Shown here: in pieces, positions 45,301 to 58,405 of the stretch
How positions within the stretch are numbered: the stretch's first letter is position 1
Layout of the letters: the number at the start of each line of letters is the position of its first letter
Source of the DNA: Lytechinus pictus
Taxonomy: Eukaryota
Assembly (NCBI RefSeq): GCF_037042905.1
Contig: NC_087250.1
Span: 13,146,001-13,210,000, forward strand
DNA: 64,000 nucleotides
Direction of reading: 5' to 3'
Program-made: the position numbers and the translations under genes
Notes under the pieces: generated by a model
The model's input: only the letters and a program-made list of their open reading frames with translations
The model's database searches: none
Told to the model about the DNA's origin: nothing

Positions 45301-48088
45301 CTATAGGTGTTAAACTAACATCGTCAATTTAACACCAGTGTAAAATAACTGGTGTGGTCCTCTATGCTCACCGGTTAACGCCACAGATTTTGCTGTGTAT
45401 GATTAATTTATATCTTTTTAGATGTTGAAATGCTATTTTCTCATCAAAGGATACGTGATTTTAAGCAAACATGCTGTTGGTAAATCAGAGTAGTGTTTTG
45501 TATAAGTCGTCCATATTTTTTCAGATGTATTATCTTCGACTGAGCGAGGAGCATCTGTGAAAATATTGATCCCGGTGATTTCATGTTTTCAATATATTAT
45601 AATCATTACATTTAACAGCGTTAGAATGTCCATTATCCAAGATTTATCATGTTCATTGGATTCGAAACTGGTAACTTATTTGAAGTAAATGATATAATTC
45701 TGTATCCGCACGTTATGTTTCTGAAATCATGCAAACTAATTAATAAATAAATTTCTAGTACCCTTCTCAGAGATGACTCCCACCTGTGTTTTATTTACGT
45801 ACGAGTAAAAAAAAACAGACCCCAACCCCCCCCCCCCCCCCAAAAAAAAAAAAAACCTTAATGCTAATTATTAATCTTACAGCTACGCCTTCCTGGAGCC
45901 AACAAGAAATATATATATATATTTAGGGATTCATTAATTAATGACGATGGAGGTTTCACACGGCTACAGAGATGGTTTGCAAAGCAGATGTCAATGATGT
46001 CATAATCCTACAAGAGCTGCATTAAAAGCCATTTCAAAACTTTTTTTTTTCAGTAATTTAAAATATATTGTAATTGTTTAATATATACTTTGTAGTATCA
46101 ATTCTCAAGTTAATTTTTATTGAAAATGGTTTTCCAAATATTTTTACCAACTCATGTAGGAATATGACATAATTGGCATCTTGGGTTCATTCATTGCATT
46201 CATTCCTTACTGTGGAGGAAATCAAAATTCACATCACTGCAAAGAATAAATCCTGACCATCCACGCATTAACACATACCCCATAAATATGTTTTCAAATT
46301 ATATGGGAAAAGATACCTTTTCCAGCTATAGATAATGATTATGCGCTCCTGGCATATTTTTTTTACTTCAATTGGGGATTTGTGAGATGTCAAGGTTTTT
46401 TGACTCACACGATATACTGTCGAAGTTTCAATTTGTCAGGTGCATACAAAAAATGTTTTTTTTAAGTGGTGGAAAGGTTTCTTTTAAAACAAGTTTTTAC
46501 TGACTGCTTAGAAGTTTTATTGAGATTGCATAATGTGCAAATCTCCTGCTGCATTGAGTGAACCCCGAACTTCAAACATCGCTTACTTTTTTTCTGGAGC
46601 TCTTGCTTGGCTTCTTCTGCAGTAAAAGAACTGCTTGTGTAAGTAATTTTTTAAATAAATTTTCACAAGCTATATTTCCATGCTTTATGTTTTTACTCAA
46701 TCAAAATCTCAGTATTCATTTTTATGGGCGAATTACATGTATTGGTCGGTTTGGGTTGCTGGTCCAATTTGGCTAAGACAATAGAATCACCGACGATATA
46801 ATATCCTAACAATATAGAGTTACGTAGTTACGTCTTTGTTTTATTATTTGCTTTATAGCTGCATACATAAGTTGTTGAAATGTTATTTTTGCATGAGTTC
46901 GGATTATGTCTCTTTTCTGATACAATTTGCCTGCTATGATTATTACACTGTTATTTAATTTGTGTATTGCACTGCTGCAATTATCATTTTGTTCTATATT
47001 TTCTTGATTATGTATGTATGAAATTTATTTGAATGAATAATAAAGATCACTACAAAACAAAAATAGAGAAAAAGTAATTTGTGCACATGTACAATACTTG
47101 AGAGGGGTTGCCTTATTTCAGTGAAGGGGGTCGCTTTGGGTTTCCAAATTTCATTGGTAGATTGTTTTTGTACAAAGCCAAATTCGACAACAATTTAATA
47201 CAAATATAAAACAGAAATCGACATACACTGTTTAGCCGAATTGTATTATTTATATAAGATTGTTTTATTAGTTTCACTCATTATCCATAATCACATCAGT
47301 CGAAAAGCTAACAAAGACGAGGCCAAATATTGAAATATCGTTGTTCTTCAGATCTACAGCGGTTGTAAACATCTAATTAAGTAAGACACGAAACTACTAA
47401 ATGGTATACATCTGCAATACATAGATTAAAAAAAAATGGTTTAACTCAAAATGGTAGAAATAATTATTCAACTCCAGGCATTTCATGTGACGGCATCAAA
47501 TTGCACAGGAAACTGTTTAACAATGGTACGTATTTGATCATGTCCACCCTTTATCTTTAATGTATTATTGTCCTTTTATTTGGCAAACTCTGAAAGGGGA
47601 ATTACATGCACTGGAATTTAAAATGAATATCATGATTGGCGCCCCGTCCCCCTAACCTATACAATCAGTACAGTCGAAAGGATAGGGAAGGGGCGGGCTT
47701 CATTTTTGTTTCGTTTTGTTTTGTTTTTTGTCGTGGACATCATAATACCGACATATGCCACATATTTCAGGATTTTTTAAATCACTTTTACTACTGTACA
47801 TGCGGTTTTTATCTTCTTCTTTTTTTACGCCAGACTGTGGTTAATTTCATTATTTCGTTGTCGTAGGAGCAGCAAAAATATCAGAAGCTTTTGGACAAGT
47901 GTCTGTGTGTGATTTGCGTGTATGTGTGTGTGTTTTTAAAGACATGCATGAATGACATATGATTATTTACAAGGCAGGATAAATGTTTTAGCCTTTCAAG
48001 TTTTTGATAACATCATTATTCTGGATTCATAATTGGTGCTGCCGATCGGTTTTATTATTTTAAAATATCACATGATATGAAACACAAT

Positions 48089-48328
48089 GGGTGATTTCAA
48101 GTTCAGTGTCGACCTTTTGGTGTTGGTGTTAGGTCAAATTTTACACGATTATAACACGAAACATAAAATTAAGGTGATCCAGAAAAGTCACTCGCTAGTT
48201 GTTGTGATGTCAATAATATGATCTGGATCAGTTTTACAAACTCATAATAAGTTTTGGGGCTAGGAAAAGTAATCAAAATTCCAACACCAACACTAACACC
48301 AAGGCCAACACCGGACTTGAAATCACCC
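48089..48328. mobile_element. MITE with 3-bp TSD (Harbinger-like)
   Basis: AAT|GGGTGATTTCAAGTTCAGTGT ... ACACCGGACTTGAAATCACCC|AAT. Confidence 0.7.
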
Positions 48329-49629
48329 AATGAATGAAAAAGAATACCTTGACAAGGAACACAGGAAAGTCGAAAAGCTTATTTCCAATGAGTCCTATTA
48401 CTATAATAGTACAAAATTGTCATTTGTAACAACAAAATGTGTTAACTTCGACAGGTACACGAAAATAGTATAAGAACAAACTACGATTTAATCAAATCAT
48501 TTGTAAGAAGCTTAAGAAAGATACAGCTACAAGAAGATTAAATCTTAATGTATTACACATTATCTACATATTATCTATAATAATAAAAGCCAACTGTAGA
48601 AAATGTGTCATTTGAACGATGACATTTAGTTATTCAGCACAATTTACTCGAGGGTATTGGTAAGAGACTTCGCATAAATCTAGTAGATATAAATACACAT
48701 TTATCAAGTACATGAAAACACCTTCGGTATTATAGCTACATGAATATAGACGTTTTTCTCAAATAATATAAAGTAAAATGAAATGAATTAAGTCTATTTC
48801 CCATTAGTCAGCTATGCACAACCTCCACTCAAGATAAGTGGTCTGAATACGCAGCCTAGCCTGCATGCAATGATCTATGTATTCTTGCTTTAAAACAACA
48901 AGTTTTATAATATGTGGTAGTCTTGTGTTAAGACCGAACTGTTGATCAAACTTTCAATAAGGGCTTGTGCCTACATATTATTATCTCCACCCAACAAAAC
49001 GATTTGTTAAACGGCGAAAAATCAAACAAGCAATATTCCGAAAATTCCATCAAAAAAGAATTGCACAATGAAAAAAGATAACGAAACTATTTACAAATTA
49101 GATGTAAGCACAAAAAGCACAACCGTGAACATTATGGGTAATACGTATATCTAAGCAATTGATGCGAGCGCGAAAAGCGAGCTGAAAAATTATGATATTC
49201 TATGGAAAATCTATAAGCACTTTTGGTAATCAAGAACAGGATGGGTATCTATCTCAACATTTTATGCGAGCGCAAAGCGCGAGCTGACAATTCATTAATT
49301 TTCGACCCAAAACTGGACATTCTAAGCGCTATTTTATAACCATGAGCAGGACGAGTATCTATCTAAACAATTGGTGTGAACGCGAAGCGCGAGCAACTAT
49401 ATTTTTGATATTCTGACCTCAAATTTGGACATTGGTAATCATGAAGAGGATGAGTATTTAACGAAGCATTTCATGCGATCGCGAAGAGCGAGCTGACCTT
49501 TTTTTTAAGTTTCGACCCAAGAGCGAGATTAAAGTTATTGATATTCGGACCTACAATTTTGAGTATCTGAGCACTGTTGGACATCATGAACAGGATGGTC
49601 ATTTAACAAATCATTTTATGCGAGCGTGA

Positions 49630-49830
49630 AGCCCCTATGTCGGACATCATTTTGGCGCCCCAAAGTTTGAACATCAATTTGACACCCCTAGAGTGAACAT
49701 CAATATGGAGTGACCTGATGTCTTATTGTACATCAATTTGGCGCCACCCTATGTCGTACATCATTTCGGCGCCCCCTAGGTTGAACATCGATTCGGTGCC
49801 CCCCCCCCCCCCTTCCTAGGTCGGGGCCCC
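49630..49830 (+). repeat. Degenerate ~28-nt tandem repeat
   Basis: Recurrent cccta(t/g)gtcg.acatca.tt(t/c)ggcgcc units. Confidence 0.55.
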
Positions 49831-51068
49831 CCAGAATACGCGCATGATCTTGTGGCCAAAGATTTGTGGGCGTTGATGATCTGCCGCTGGCCCACCTCTG
49901 ACAACTCTGTTAACGTGTATTCTTATATCCTATGAGGGAGTGCTCTATGATTTTCGACGTCACATGCATAAGAATGATAACGAATAAGATCAATTAAAGA
50001 TCGATACCAATTGTGGTAACGACTTGAAATTGGGTTTGAATAGACTCTAATGACATATGTGTCTGTATGTATTAATGAAAGTTGTGTGCCAAATGGCTCT
50101 GGAAAGAAATGTGTAATTGCTGATGAAAATAAGCATGAAATTCCATAAAATGTCGGACATTTTTTTCCAAGCAATATCAATACACTGTCACACATATGCC
50201 ATTTTGTGTTGTCATCAAAATCATCGGTTTCAGCTAAGATCTCATGATTTGCAAAGATGGGTTGATTTCAAGGTAGCAGATCTAGATATGTGATAATATG
50301 GTGGTAATTAAGCTTGATTTCAAAGGCTTTCTCATTAGATAATTGTTTGAGACAAAATTATTACTTTCTTGTACCTTTAAACAGGTATCGGTTAGGGCAT
50401 ATATAAATTACATATTACCTATGCTATGTCGTGCTCTTTCTCTATTCCGAAGCGTTGATTTGACAAACCGTATTAGCAGGACAAGGCGGGTTCTCACATG
50501 ACACGGGGCCCAGTACGTGAAATATAGAATGCATAAGTCTTGTGTAAGTGCAACTGTCATTGAATCCTGAAAACGAAAAAAAAACATCTGAAAACATTAT
50601 TAATCATTGTACGAAAGCAAATGGGTGGAAGTACAGATGCCCCAAAGTTGTATAAAAGCATGTGTTGTTGCTGGGGGTCGTTTCATAAAGCTGTTCGTAA
50701 GTAAAGAGCGATTTTAAGAACGACTGGTAAACCTTTCTTATGCGCTTAACCATCGCCAATGAACGTATAATTTTTCACAAGAAAAGATCACCAGTCGTTC
50801 TTAAAGTCGCTCTTAACTTACGAACAGCTTTATGAAACACCCAGCTGTTATGGCCCAATAATAATAATAATGATATTCCACGTTTAATGTATATAGCACT
50901 TAATACATCGGAACAACGTCTCTAAGCGCCTTTACAGACATATTATTACCCCCGGTCATCGGATACTTGCATGCCCGCATACTCTCTCTTGTGTTCTTCC
51001 TCCGCTAAGGTCGGAGATCAACGGCGCCGTTGGAAGGGCCGCAATTCATTTAAGGCTCTAAGTTGCAA

Positions 51069-54000
51069 TCATGAAGTACTGAGTAAGTTTTGACGAGTTG
51101 TGTGGAGGTTGCGTAAGAAGTATAGAATAAGCGTATGTAATTGGGCTTTTGTGTTGCAGCTAATACGCCCAGGAGGTAAAAAAAGGACCGACTCTACAAA
51201 AAGAGCAGGGGTGGATTCAAAGCATGGTCCGAACTGCTTGGTGTTGGGATTAGCTTTAACCCGCTGGATAAGGTCCTGTCGGACAGGTGCTAGGGCTGGA
51301 CAGGTAGCAACCAGATGTTCCACATCCTCGCAGGCTGACATGCACAGACGACAGCAATCATCAGGTGCTTTGCCAATCTTGGCGAGCCGGACTTGGGTCA
51401 GATAGACTTGACAGGAGATCTGGGCACGGATGGTGATGGCTGACCGCAGACTTGGATTGGAAATGTGCCCAGGGTACAGATCCTTCGCCTTTGGTTTAGG
51501 TGTTCTAGTCCATAAGGACAAGGATGTCTTCTTGGTGAGGGCGTTGTGCTGCCTGGCCTCAGACACCTGAATCACTGCCGACTGAACCATTCGCTTCCAC
51601 AGATGGTAGTTAGGGGGATTCCTTACAAGTTCATCAAGTGGGGGAAGGCTACGTTGTTGAAGTGCATTACGCCATTCTTGTATGGATTTGGTGTTGGCAC
51701 AGATACCATGAAGAAGCATCCTTCGTTCTATCCTGTCCATGTCGGTGCACAAGATCTGTCCCAGAAGTAGGAGCTTTTCCTTGGTGACCAACAGGCTAAT
51801 TTGGATTACGTCAGTGAGAAGATATACTGCTTCGTCGGCTGATGTTGTTGGTAGACCCAGAATCCGCTTAAATAGGTGAATCTGTGCCTTATCTAGGCGA
51901 TTCAACATTGCCCTTGAGAAGGGAATGCTGGAGCAGCCGAAGATCATCCTGGGAACACAAAAAGTTTTCCATAGTTTTGCAGCGACATGGGGAACTACCC
52001 TTGCTCCCAGTGGTGAGGTTCCCACAAGGGCATAAAATGATCTGTATCCCTTTGTGATAGCATCAGCAGCGTAGTCATACTGAAGATTGCCAGTCCTGAC
52101 GATGCCAAGGTGCTTGTGTGAGGAGACCTGTGCAATCGGTTCACCATTGATCTGCCAAGAGTTGTCACTGTTCAGAAGGTCTTGATTGAGCACGATGATT
52201 GCACTCTTGGAGGGGTTGATCTTGTACTTCCACTCCTTAGTGTAATGGGAAGTGACATTCAACATCTGCTGCAGTTCCATGGGCTCATTGCTAAGAAGTG
52301 CAATGTCATCCGCGAAGGCTATGACCCCAACATATAGGTTGCCGACTGAGCAGCCAAGATGATACTCCCTCAGACGCTTGATGAGGTCGTTGATGTAGAG
52401 AGTGTACAGCATGGGGGAAAGCACTCCCCCCTGCCTTACTCCTTGGAGGACAGGAAAGGAGGGACCAACTTCATGTTTCCAGAAAACCTTGCTTGAACAG
52501 CTGTTGTAAAATTCAGAAATGGTATCAAGCAGCACTGTAGGTGGACGAGTCACTGCTATCTTCGAAAGGAGACCATCTTGCCAGACCGTGTCGAATGCTT
52601 TCTGGGCATCCAACATAGCTATGTACAAAGGTTGGTTGAGGGACTTGTACACTTCGATGACAAGGTCGAGTGCTTTACCTGTAAGAGTACAGGACCTCTC
52701 TCGTTGGAAGCCAAATTGCAACGGGTCTGGAATTTGGTGTTCTTGTAAGTGTTGGGAAAGTTTGGGCTTTACCAACAACTCCAACAACTTCCCTAAGACT
52801 GGAGTCAAAGTGATGCCCCTATAGTTTCCTGGGTCTGTTGGATTCTTGTTCCCACCTTTGAAGAGAGGGATGACAAGGCCATCTTTAAGACTGAGAGGAA
52901 TGTGCTTCAGATGTATCATCCAGTTCATCATGATGAGGATAAGGATCCTAGTGGTGCAACCAGTGTACATTAGGTGCTCAGGAGAGATGATGTCCGGACC
53001 ACTAGCTTTGCCAGGCCTCAAGGAAGAGATGGCCAGGGACAGCTCCTTCGAAGTGAAGAGATGGTCAAGCCCTTGTGGATGGTGTATAACAAGGGAGTCT
53101 ATATTCTCAGGATGTGTTGGATTCAGAACCTGTGTAGGACTGGAGACAGATGGGGTGGCAAGGTCCTGGAAATGCCGAGTCCATCCCTGGATGATATCGG
53201 GCCCAGAGTAGGTGAGACCTCCAAGGTTGAGTTGGTGCACATCAGAGCCAGGGCCTTGTTCTTTCACTAGTGTATAGAACAGCCTGTCGTTGTGTTCGTC
53301 GGCTTCCTCAATTCTTGACAGAAGACCATTCCTGCAGGCAGCTCTTGCCTGCCTAAACTTAGCACGAAAGGCTTTTTTCAAATCGGCAGATAACACACCA
53401 ACTGGACTGTTCTTGTCCTCTCCAGATCTTTTCCAGTCTTTCAACATGTTGATGTGCCTTTGATAACACTCCTCCACTTCGGGACTCCACTCAGTCTTCC
53501 CTTTACCTCTACCATTCGCTTTTGTGTGAGGAAGATTCATAGAGGTCTGAACAAGGGCTGACTGCAGTCTGGCAGTAACAAAGACAAGGAGATTCTCATC
53601 AGGCATAACGTCCGCAAGGGAAACAAGAATGTCCTCCGAAGCTACATCAAGAGGTTCTGTATACAGCTCCTTGATCATCTGTTTTGACAACTCCTTCCAC
53701 TTGACTTTTGGACGGCGGAGAGGGTTGCTGGGAACTGTGTGGTGAGTCCTTGCTTCGGATACACTAGATGATGCAGGTGACCAGGTTACCTTGATAGGAG
53801 AATGGTCAGACAGGTTGAGGGGTTCATCATTTTAGATCAGGAGGTTGGAGAAGTCACCAGCAGACTTGCTGTGGGTTAAAAAAGTGTCAATGTTGGACCG
53901 TTTGGTGCCATCATCACTTTGATAAGTGTAGGCCTCGCTGTCCCCAAGTGTCCTTGATAGGCACACCAAGTCGTTCTCGGCCATGAAAGAGTCAAGAATG

Positions 54001-54512
54001 TTGAATGCTCTTTTTTTCCGTTCCTTGTTATGGAGATCCACATTCAAGTCACCACCAATGATGACACTGCTAGACCTGTTCTGCTGCATGATGCATTGGA
54101 TTTCTTCTAAGATGGCCTGGTATTCGGCGAGGGCTTCAGATGAGGCATCACAAGGCATGTAGCAGTTGTAAACCAGCACATTGTGTTTTCCAAAGAGCAA
54201 ATGGAGACAAAGTACCCTTGGAGAGATTGTTGGAATAACCTTTAGTGAGCATGGGAGCACCTTCTTGACAAGGGTGGCAACACCTCCTCTGCCTCTTCTA
54301 GTTGGGAGAGAGCATAGCTGATCATGGGCTTTGGAGAAGGCATGAAAATCTGACTGAAGATTATTCAAGAAACCTAGTTCACCCTCATGAATCCAGTGCT
54401 CTTGAAGTAGCAGAAAATCAGTCTGTTTGAGTAGTAGAAGAATGAAGTCTCTGTTGGACTTTACCCCACGAGTATTGAGAGAAGATATGTGTAGGCTTGG
54501 TGTGGCGTTTAC
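51069..54512 (-). pseudogene. LINE ORF2 (APE endonuclease, RT, C-terminal CCHC finger) with one in-frame TAA at 53832-53834
   Basis: SLNTRG, LLQEHW, GGDLN, NID, SDHSP; QFGFQ, LDAQKAFD, GVRQGG, FADD; CRLC..EDVEHLVATC. ORFs 53832-54368 and 51069-53690 share one frame. Confidence 0.9.
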
Positions 54513-57238
54513 CTCCTCAGAGGAGGAAGCAGTTGCAGACTGCTTTTTGTGAGGTCCATGATTTGGAGGTGAAGTTCCCTGATTGAGACATCGATCGTGC
54601 TGGTAGGACCTAAGGATTGGACTGTCAACATATTCAGTAGAGATGCTGTGAGGTAGTATACCCTCTCCATTTGCCCGCAGTACGTTGCAGCTGATGCGCG
54701 GCCATGCCGAAAAGGAGAACTTTGCAACGTAGTGTCTCTTGTCCTTAACTGATCTTGAGTCCCTAAACCTGCAAAATTTTGCCCTTCCTCCTTGCTACAC
54801 CTCTGGGCTTCAGCAGACAGGGAAGACAGAGTCTGTGATGGCTCGTTGTTATTTCTCGATGATGGAACAGTCGAGTGTTGGTCATTGTAAGGATAGAGGT
54901 TGAGAACAAATCCATCAGTTCTCCCTGACTTTGACTTCTCAGCAGAATCTGTGTTCCGGTTATCCAGGGCAGGTCGGCTGTTCCTACCTAACTGTTGGTG
55001 TGGACGCACTTCCTCCCCAGTGCGAGGTGTTGGCTCACCAGGGTGCTGTTGAGATGACATCTCTAGATTACCTTCAGGAAGATGATCAGCTTGATTCCTG
55101 CCTTCTTCACCATCCACACCAGGTGTGACAACAGGAAAGGTACACTGGCGAGACAGAGGTTTCATTGACCCTGCTTTGACCACCGGGCTTCTACCAGAGT
55201 GATGTTGCTTCTGAGTGAATTCCAAGCTTTGCTTTGTGGACATTGAGCCATTTGATGTTGCATTGTGGCTGAACAATGATTCATTAGGCAGACGGGTGCT
55301 GTTTTCATTCCGAGAAAACCCAGGAACCACATCAGTATCATCAGCTAAACTCTCAAATTTGTTGCTAGTTGGAATGTTATATAGGCCAGTCTTATCGTAG
55401 TGTGTAGAGTATGCAGCTTGAAAAGGAGGCGACAAGTCTTTGCTGTTGCTCCCACAAGCTGATTGTTGATGTCCACCCTGGTGTTGACCCATAGGTCTGG
55501 AAGAAAGGTTGGTGCGGGCCTGTTGACCATGATGGTTATATATTGATGATCCAGGTTGTGAGCGATGGTGGTATTTCTCATGACTATTGTTATCCCTACT
55601 CTTTTGACGCTGGGCACTATTTATAAAGAATCTGCTCCTTTGTAATCTTGGAGGATGTGATCTATTAACACCAGATGGACTAGGTGGAGGTGACCTATCC
55701 AATGAGGCAGAATCACACCGAGATATATCTTGGAGACCATGGGATTTGCAAACTGCTGACAAAAAGTCAACTTGCAGTTGGAGGGATCGTAGCTCGGCTT
55801 CCTTTTTGACCAGCGCACTTTTCAAGGAGACTACTTCTTTGTCCTTATTTCCGAGTATGATCTTATCATGAACACGCTGGTCTTGGAGACTCTTGTAATC
55901 CCTACGCAACTGTCGGAGCTGATTCAGGAGTTGCTCATTCTCCATTAGAATGACCGTATTGATACTTGATTTTTCCTTTAGGTCTTCCCTGAGAACTTTC
56001 AACTGTTTGGAAGAAGAAGCACACTCCACGCAAGTAGATGGTCGGCTATCATTGGTATTATGTAGAGCATCATTTGCTCCCACTTCACGACTACTGTCTC
56101 CCGGGCACAGAGAATCCTTCTTCCCATCTGCACATTCACAACCAGCAACTGGTGGGTAATCATTGTGGTCGCTGACAAGAGTAGCCATTATGGATTCAGT
56201 TTGGGTGGCATGTTCTTGAACATTAGGTGCTTCTCCACTGCTGTCCTTAGATTTGTTAGTAACATCAGGCTGTTCCGGCGAGATAGAAAGACGTAGCAGA
56301 CCATTGATGGAGGAGCGAGGGCTAGGAGTTGTGGAATGAGCATCTCCCGGGCACGTCAAGAAGTCTAACTCTGTTTCAAATTGATCTTCTGTAAAGGCTT
56401 CTCTGGATGGATGACTTGGCGAGAACTCACTGCGCTTGTCATGGGCAGACTTGTCTTGAGGGTGTAAACTGGCAGGCAAGGGTTGAGCTACACTCGAGCA
56501 TGTCAGGAATTCCAGGTCTGAGCCTGATTGCTCTTCAGTATTGGACTGGCTTGGCAGGGAACACTCGCTGTTAACAGATGTGGTTGAATTTGTGGCAGAC
56601 TTACATGTAATAGCAGAACACGACACACAAGTGAAAGGGGCATTCTTGTCATTGATAAGCTGTGCTAAATCTTGGTCCAGCAGCCCTGTACACTCAAAGT
56701 GAATCCATATGTTGCATACATGACATTGGATCGTATAATAGCATGCGTGTGTCTTGCAGATGGGGCACAACAGATTCAGCTCGTCAGGGGAACACTCGCA
56801 TACCTTGGCTGTAGCATTAACTCCAATTTTCTGTGGTGAGCTTGCTATCCTGTAGATTTCATCCATGAGGCAATTTAAGCTTACTCTTATAGAGGAGTCA
56901 GATGTGACATCGCTAACTTGTAGGTCGACTTCTTGGAGAAGGGAAGACTTGAGCTCGTTGAGCAAGTGAAATTGTTTGCCACTGACAAACATGTGGTGGG
57001 TCTCCTCAAAGAATAAGATGGATAACTTCTTTACCTTTCCTGCATCTCCACTTTTTTTCTTATTGTAGATTTCGAAGCCACAGCTCACTTGGCCACGATA
57101 TGGAACGGCCATGTGTGCTGGGTTGAAAGAAGGATTTCTAACCAGAGAGTCACAAACAATATTTTTCATTCTTGCGTACAGATCATTTTCGAGTGCTACG
57201 TTTACAAATTTATGACCACCTTTTGTACGACCCTCTGA
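54509..57238 (-). CDS. LINE ORF1 with PHD finger and coiled coil (probably 5'-truncated)
   Basis: CPIC..IQCHVCNIWIHFECTGL..FTCVSC; heptad region LREDLKE..LRSLQLQV. The track start at 57271 lies in SINE sequence. Confidence 0.85.
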   Translation of the reverse strand, partial: SEGRTKGGHKFVNVALENDLYARMKNIVCDSLVRNPSFNPAHMAVPYRGQVSCGFEIYNKKKSGDAGKVKKLSILFFEETHHMFVSGKQFHLLNELKSSLLQEVDLQVSDVTSDSSIRVSLNCLMDEIYRIASSPQKIGVNATAKVCECSPDELNLLCPICKTHACYYTIQCHVCNIWIHFECTGLLDQDLAQLINDKNAPFTCVSCSAITCKSATNSTTSVNSECSLPSQSNTEEQSGSDLEFLTCSSVAQPLPASLHPQDKSAHDKRSEFSPSHPSREAFTEDQFETELDFLTCPGDAHSTTPSPRSSINGLLRLSISPEQPDVTNKSKDSSGEAPNVQEHATQTESIMATLVSDHNDYPPVAGCECADGKKDSLCPGDSSREVGANDALHNTNDSRPSTCVECASSSKQLKVLREDLKEKSSINTVILMENEQLLNQLRQLRRDYKSLQDQRVHDKIILGNKDKEVVSLKSALVKKEAELRSLQLQVDFLSAVCKSHGLQDISRCDSASLDRSPPPSPSGVNRSHPPRLQRSRFFINSAQRQKSRDNNSHEKYHHRSQPGSSIYNHHGQQARTNLSSRPMGQHQGGHQQSACGSNSKDLSPPFQAAYSTHYDKTGLYNIPTSNKFESLADDTDVVPGFSRNENSTRLPNESLFSHNATSNGSMSTKQSLEFTQKQHHSGRSPVVKAGSMKPLSRQCTFPVVTPGVDGEEGRNQADHLPEGNLEMSSQQHPGEPTPRTGEEVRPHQQLGRNSRPALDNRNTDSAEKSKSGRTDGFVLNLYPYNDQHSTVPSSRNNNEPSQTLSSLSAEAQRCSKEEGQNFAGLGTQDQLRTRDTTLQSSPFRHGRASAATYCGQMERVYYLTASLLNMLTVQSLGPTSTIDVSIRELHLQIMDLTKSSLQLLPPLRR

Positions 57239-58405
57239 AGAAGGTGCATACAATGTATGCACCTTCTCCACTCCCTGTGAAGCATTCCAACAAGAGTTCC
57301 AAGACTCAATTGCTAGGCATACTACATTTTTAGGCTTTTACATCCTACCGGGTACCCATTTAACACCTGGGTAGAGAGTGGCAAAGTGTGGATTAACGCC
57401 TTGCCAAAGGACGCTAGGCCATGGTGGGATTCGAACACACGACCCTCTGCTTACGAGGCGAGAGTCAGAACCGCTACACCACGACGCTTCCAATCTGTTT
57501 CAGTCTTGCCTAATATAGTCAAGGCAATTCGAGACAAGTTTTTGTATACAAATTTAGGCCAACTTGATATTTTCGATCACTCCCCGGGCCTGTTGCATAG
57601 AGAAAAAATTGTATTTTTTTTTCAAATATGCCATGAGTGAACAGTGTAAAATTTATTGGGTGACACGACATTTACTCCTGCAGCAATTGCTCATGGCTTT
57701 ATTTCGTCTAAGATTATGGTTATGGTTGCAAAAGGGTTTAATCATAATGGTTAGGTTTTGGAAAGGGTACAGCGTTGAATCTAGGGTTTATTATTTGCCA
57801 GAGTTTTCCTATGTTTTTATTTTTTATTATTATTTTATTTTGCAAGAAGTTTGGTTGGGGCAATGGGTCAGTTACCACCCCCCCCCCCCCCCCCTTGAAA
57901 GTATTCTATTCAATATACCGCATTCTTTATGTCATTTCCATTCAAAACATAATGCAAAGTAGAGTATTTCAGATACAAAGTAACAGACTGATATCTTAAA
58001 GAAAAGCTATATGAAATAGCTTGCAAGATTTACTCATGTAATTTCTTCGCGGCGTGCTATCACGTTTTCAGTATTTTCGTTTAAAAAATGATTAAAAAAA
58101 AACGCGACCTCTAATCTACGAAGTGTACGGTCTACACTTCGTTATTTTGCATATTGTTCATTCACGAAAAGTTAGTTTTGCACAGACTTGACACGAGTCT
58201 TTATGCACTTTACCCAACAGTCTTTCAAGATTTTCAAAATTGCAAACGCTTTTTAATAAGACTAATCATGCCGTAACAGACCAAAATGCAACAGCACAAG
58301 GGAAACAAGTGTTAAAGTTTTGTATAAACATTCGAAGCATTAGACTCTACAAACATAGATTACTGAGCTGAGCGAATAAGCATAGAGCATATAATAGCAT
58401 AGTAA

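Larger units (their letters stand above)
50983..57245 (-). mobile_element. 6.2-kb two-ORF non-LTR retrotransposon (PHD-finger ORF1; APE-RT-CCHC ORF2; possibly RTEX-like), 6-bp TSD
   Basis: GCATAC at 50977-50982 and 57246-57251; two long minus-strand ORFs; 3' end ...GGAAGAACACAAGAGAGA. Clade assignment is tentative. Confidence 0.92.
50857..57491 (-). mobile_element. tRNA-derived SINE split by a LINE insertion (head 57246-57491, tail 50857-50982)
   Basis: Minus strand: A box TGGTGTAGCGG, B box GTTCGAATCCC, core acccaggtgttaaatgggtaccc. Tail half ends in (ATT)n; halves join at duplicated GTATGC. Confidence 0.85.

Noticed and set aside
40900..50800. Further PKD1-type exons (PLAT, multi-TM) after exon 20
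   Set aside because: Region is AT-rich with only short low-complexity ORFs; no splice-bounded coding segments seen, though very small exons cannot be excluded.
53832..53834. Programmed stop readthrough in LINE ORF2
   Set aside because: TAA followed by AAT is not a known readthrough context and falls inside the endonuclease domain; a simple nonsense mutation is more likely.
57246..57271. GTG start and MEKVHTLY N-terminus of the 920-aa ORF
   Set aside because: Lies in the SINE beyond the TSD and is not part of the LINE.
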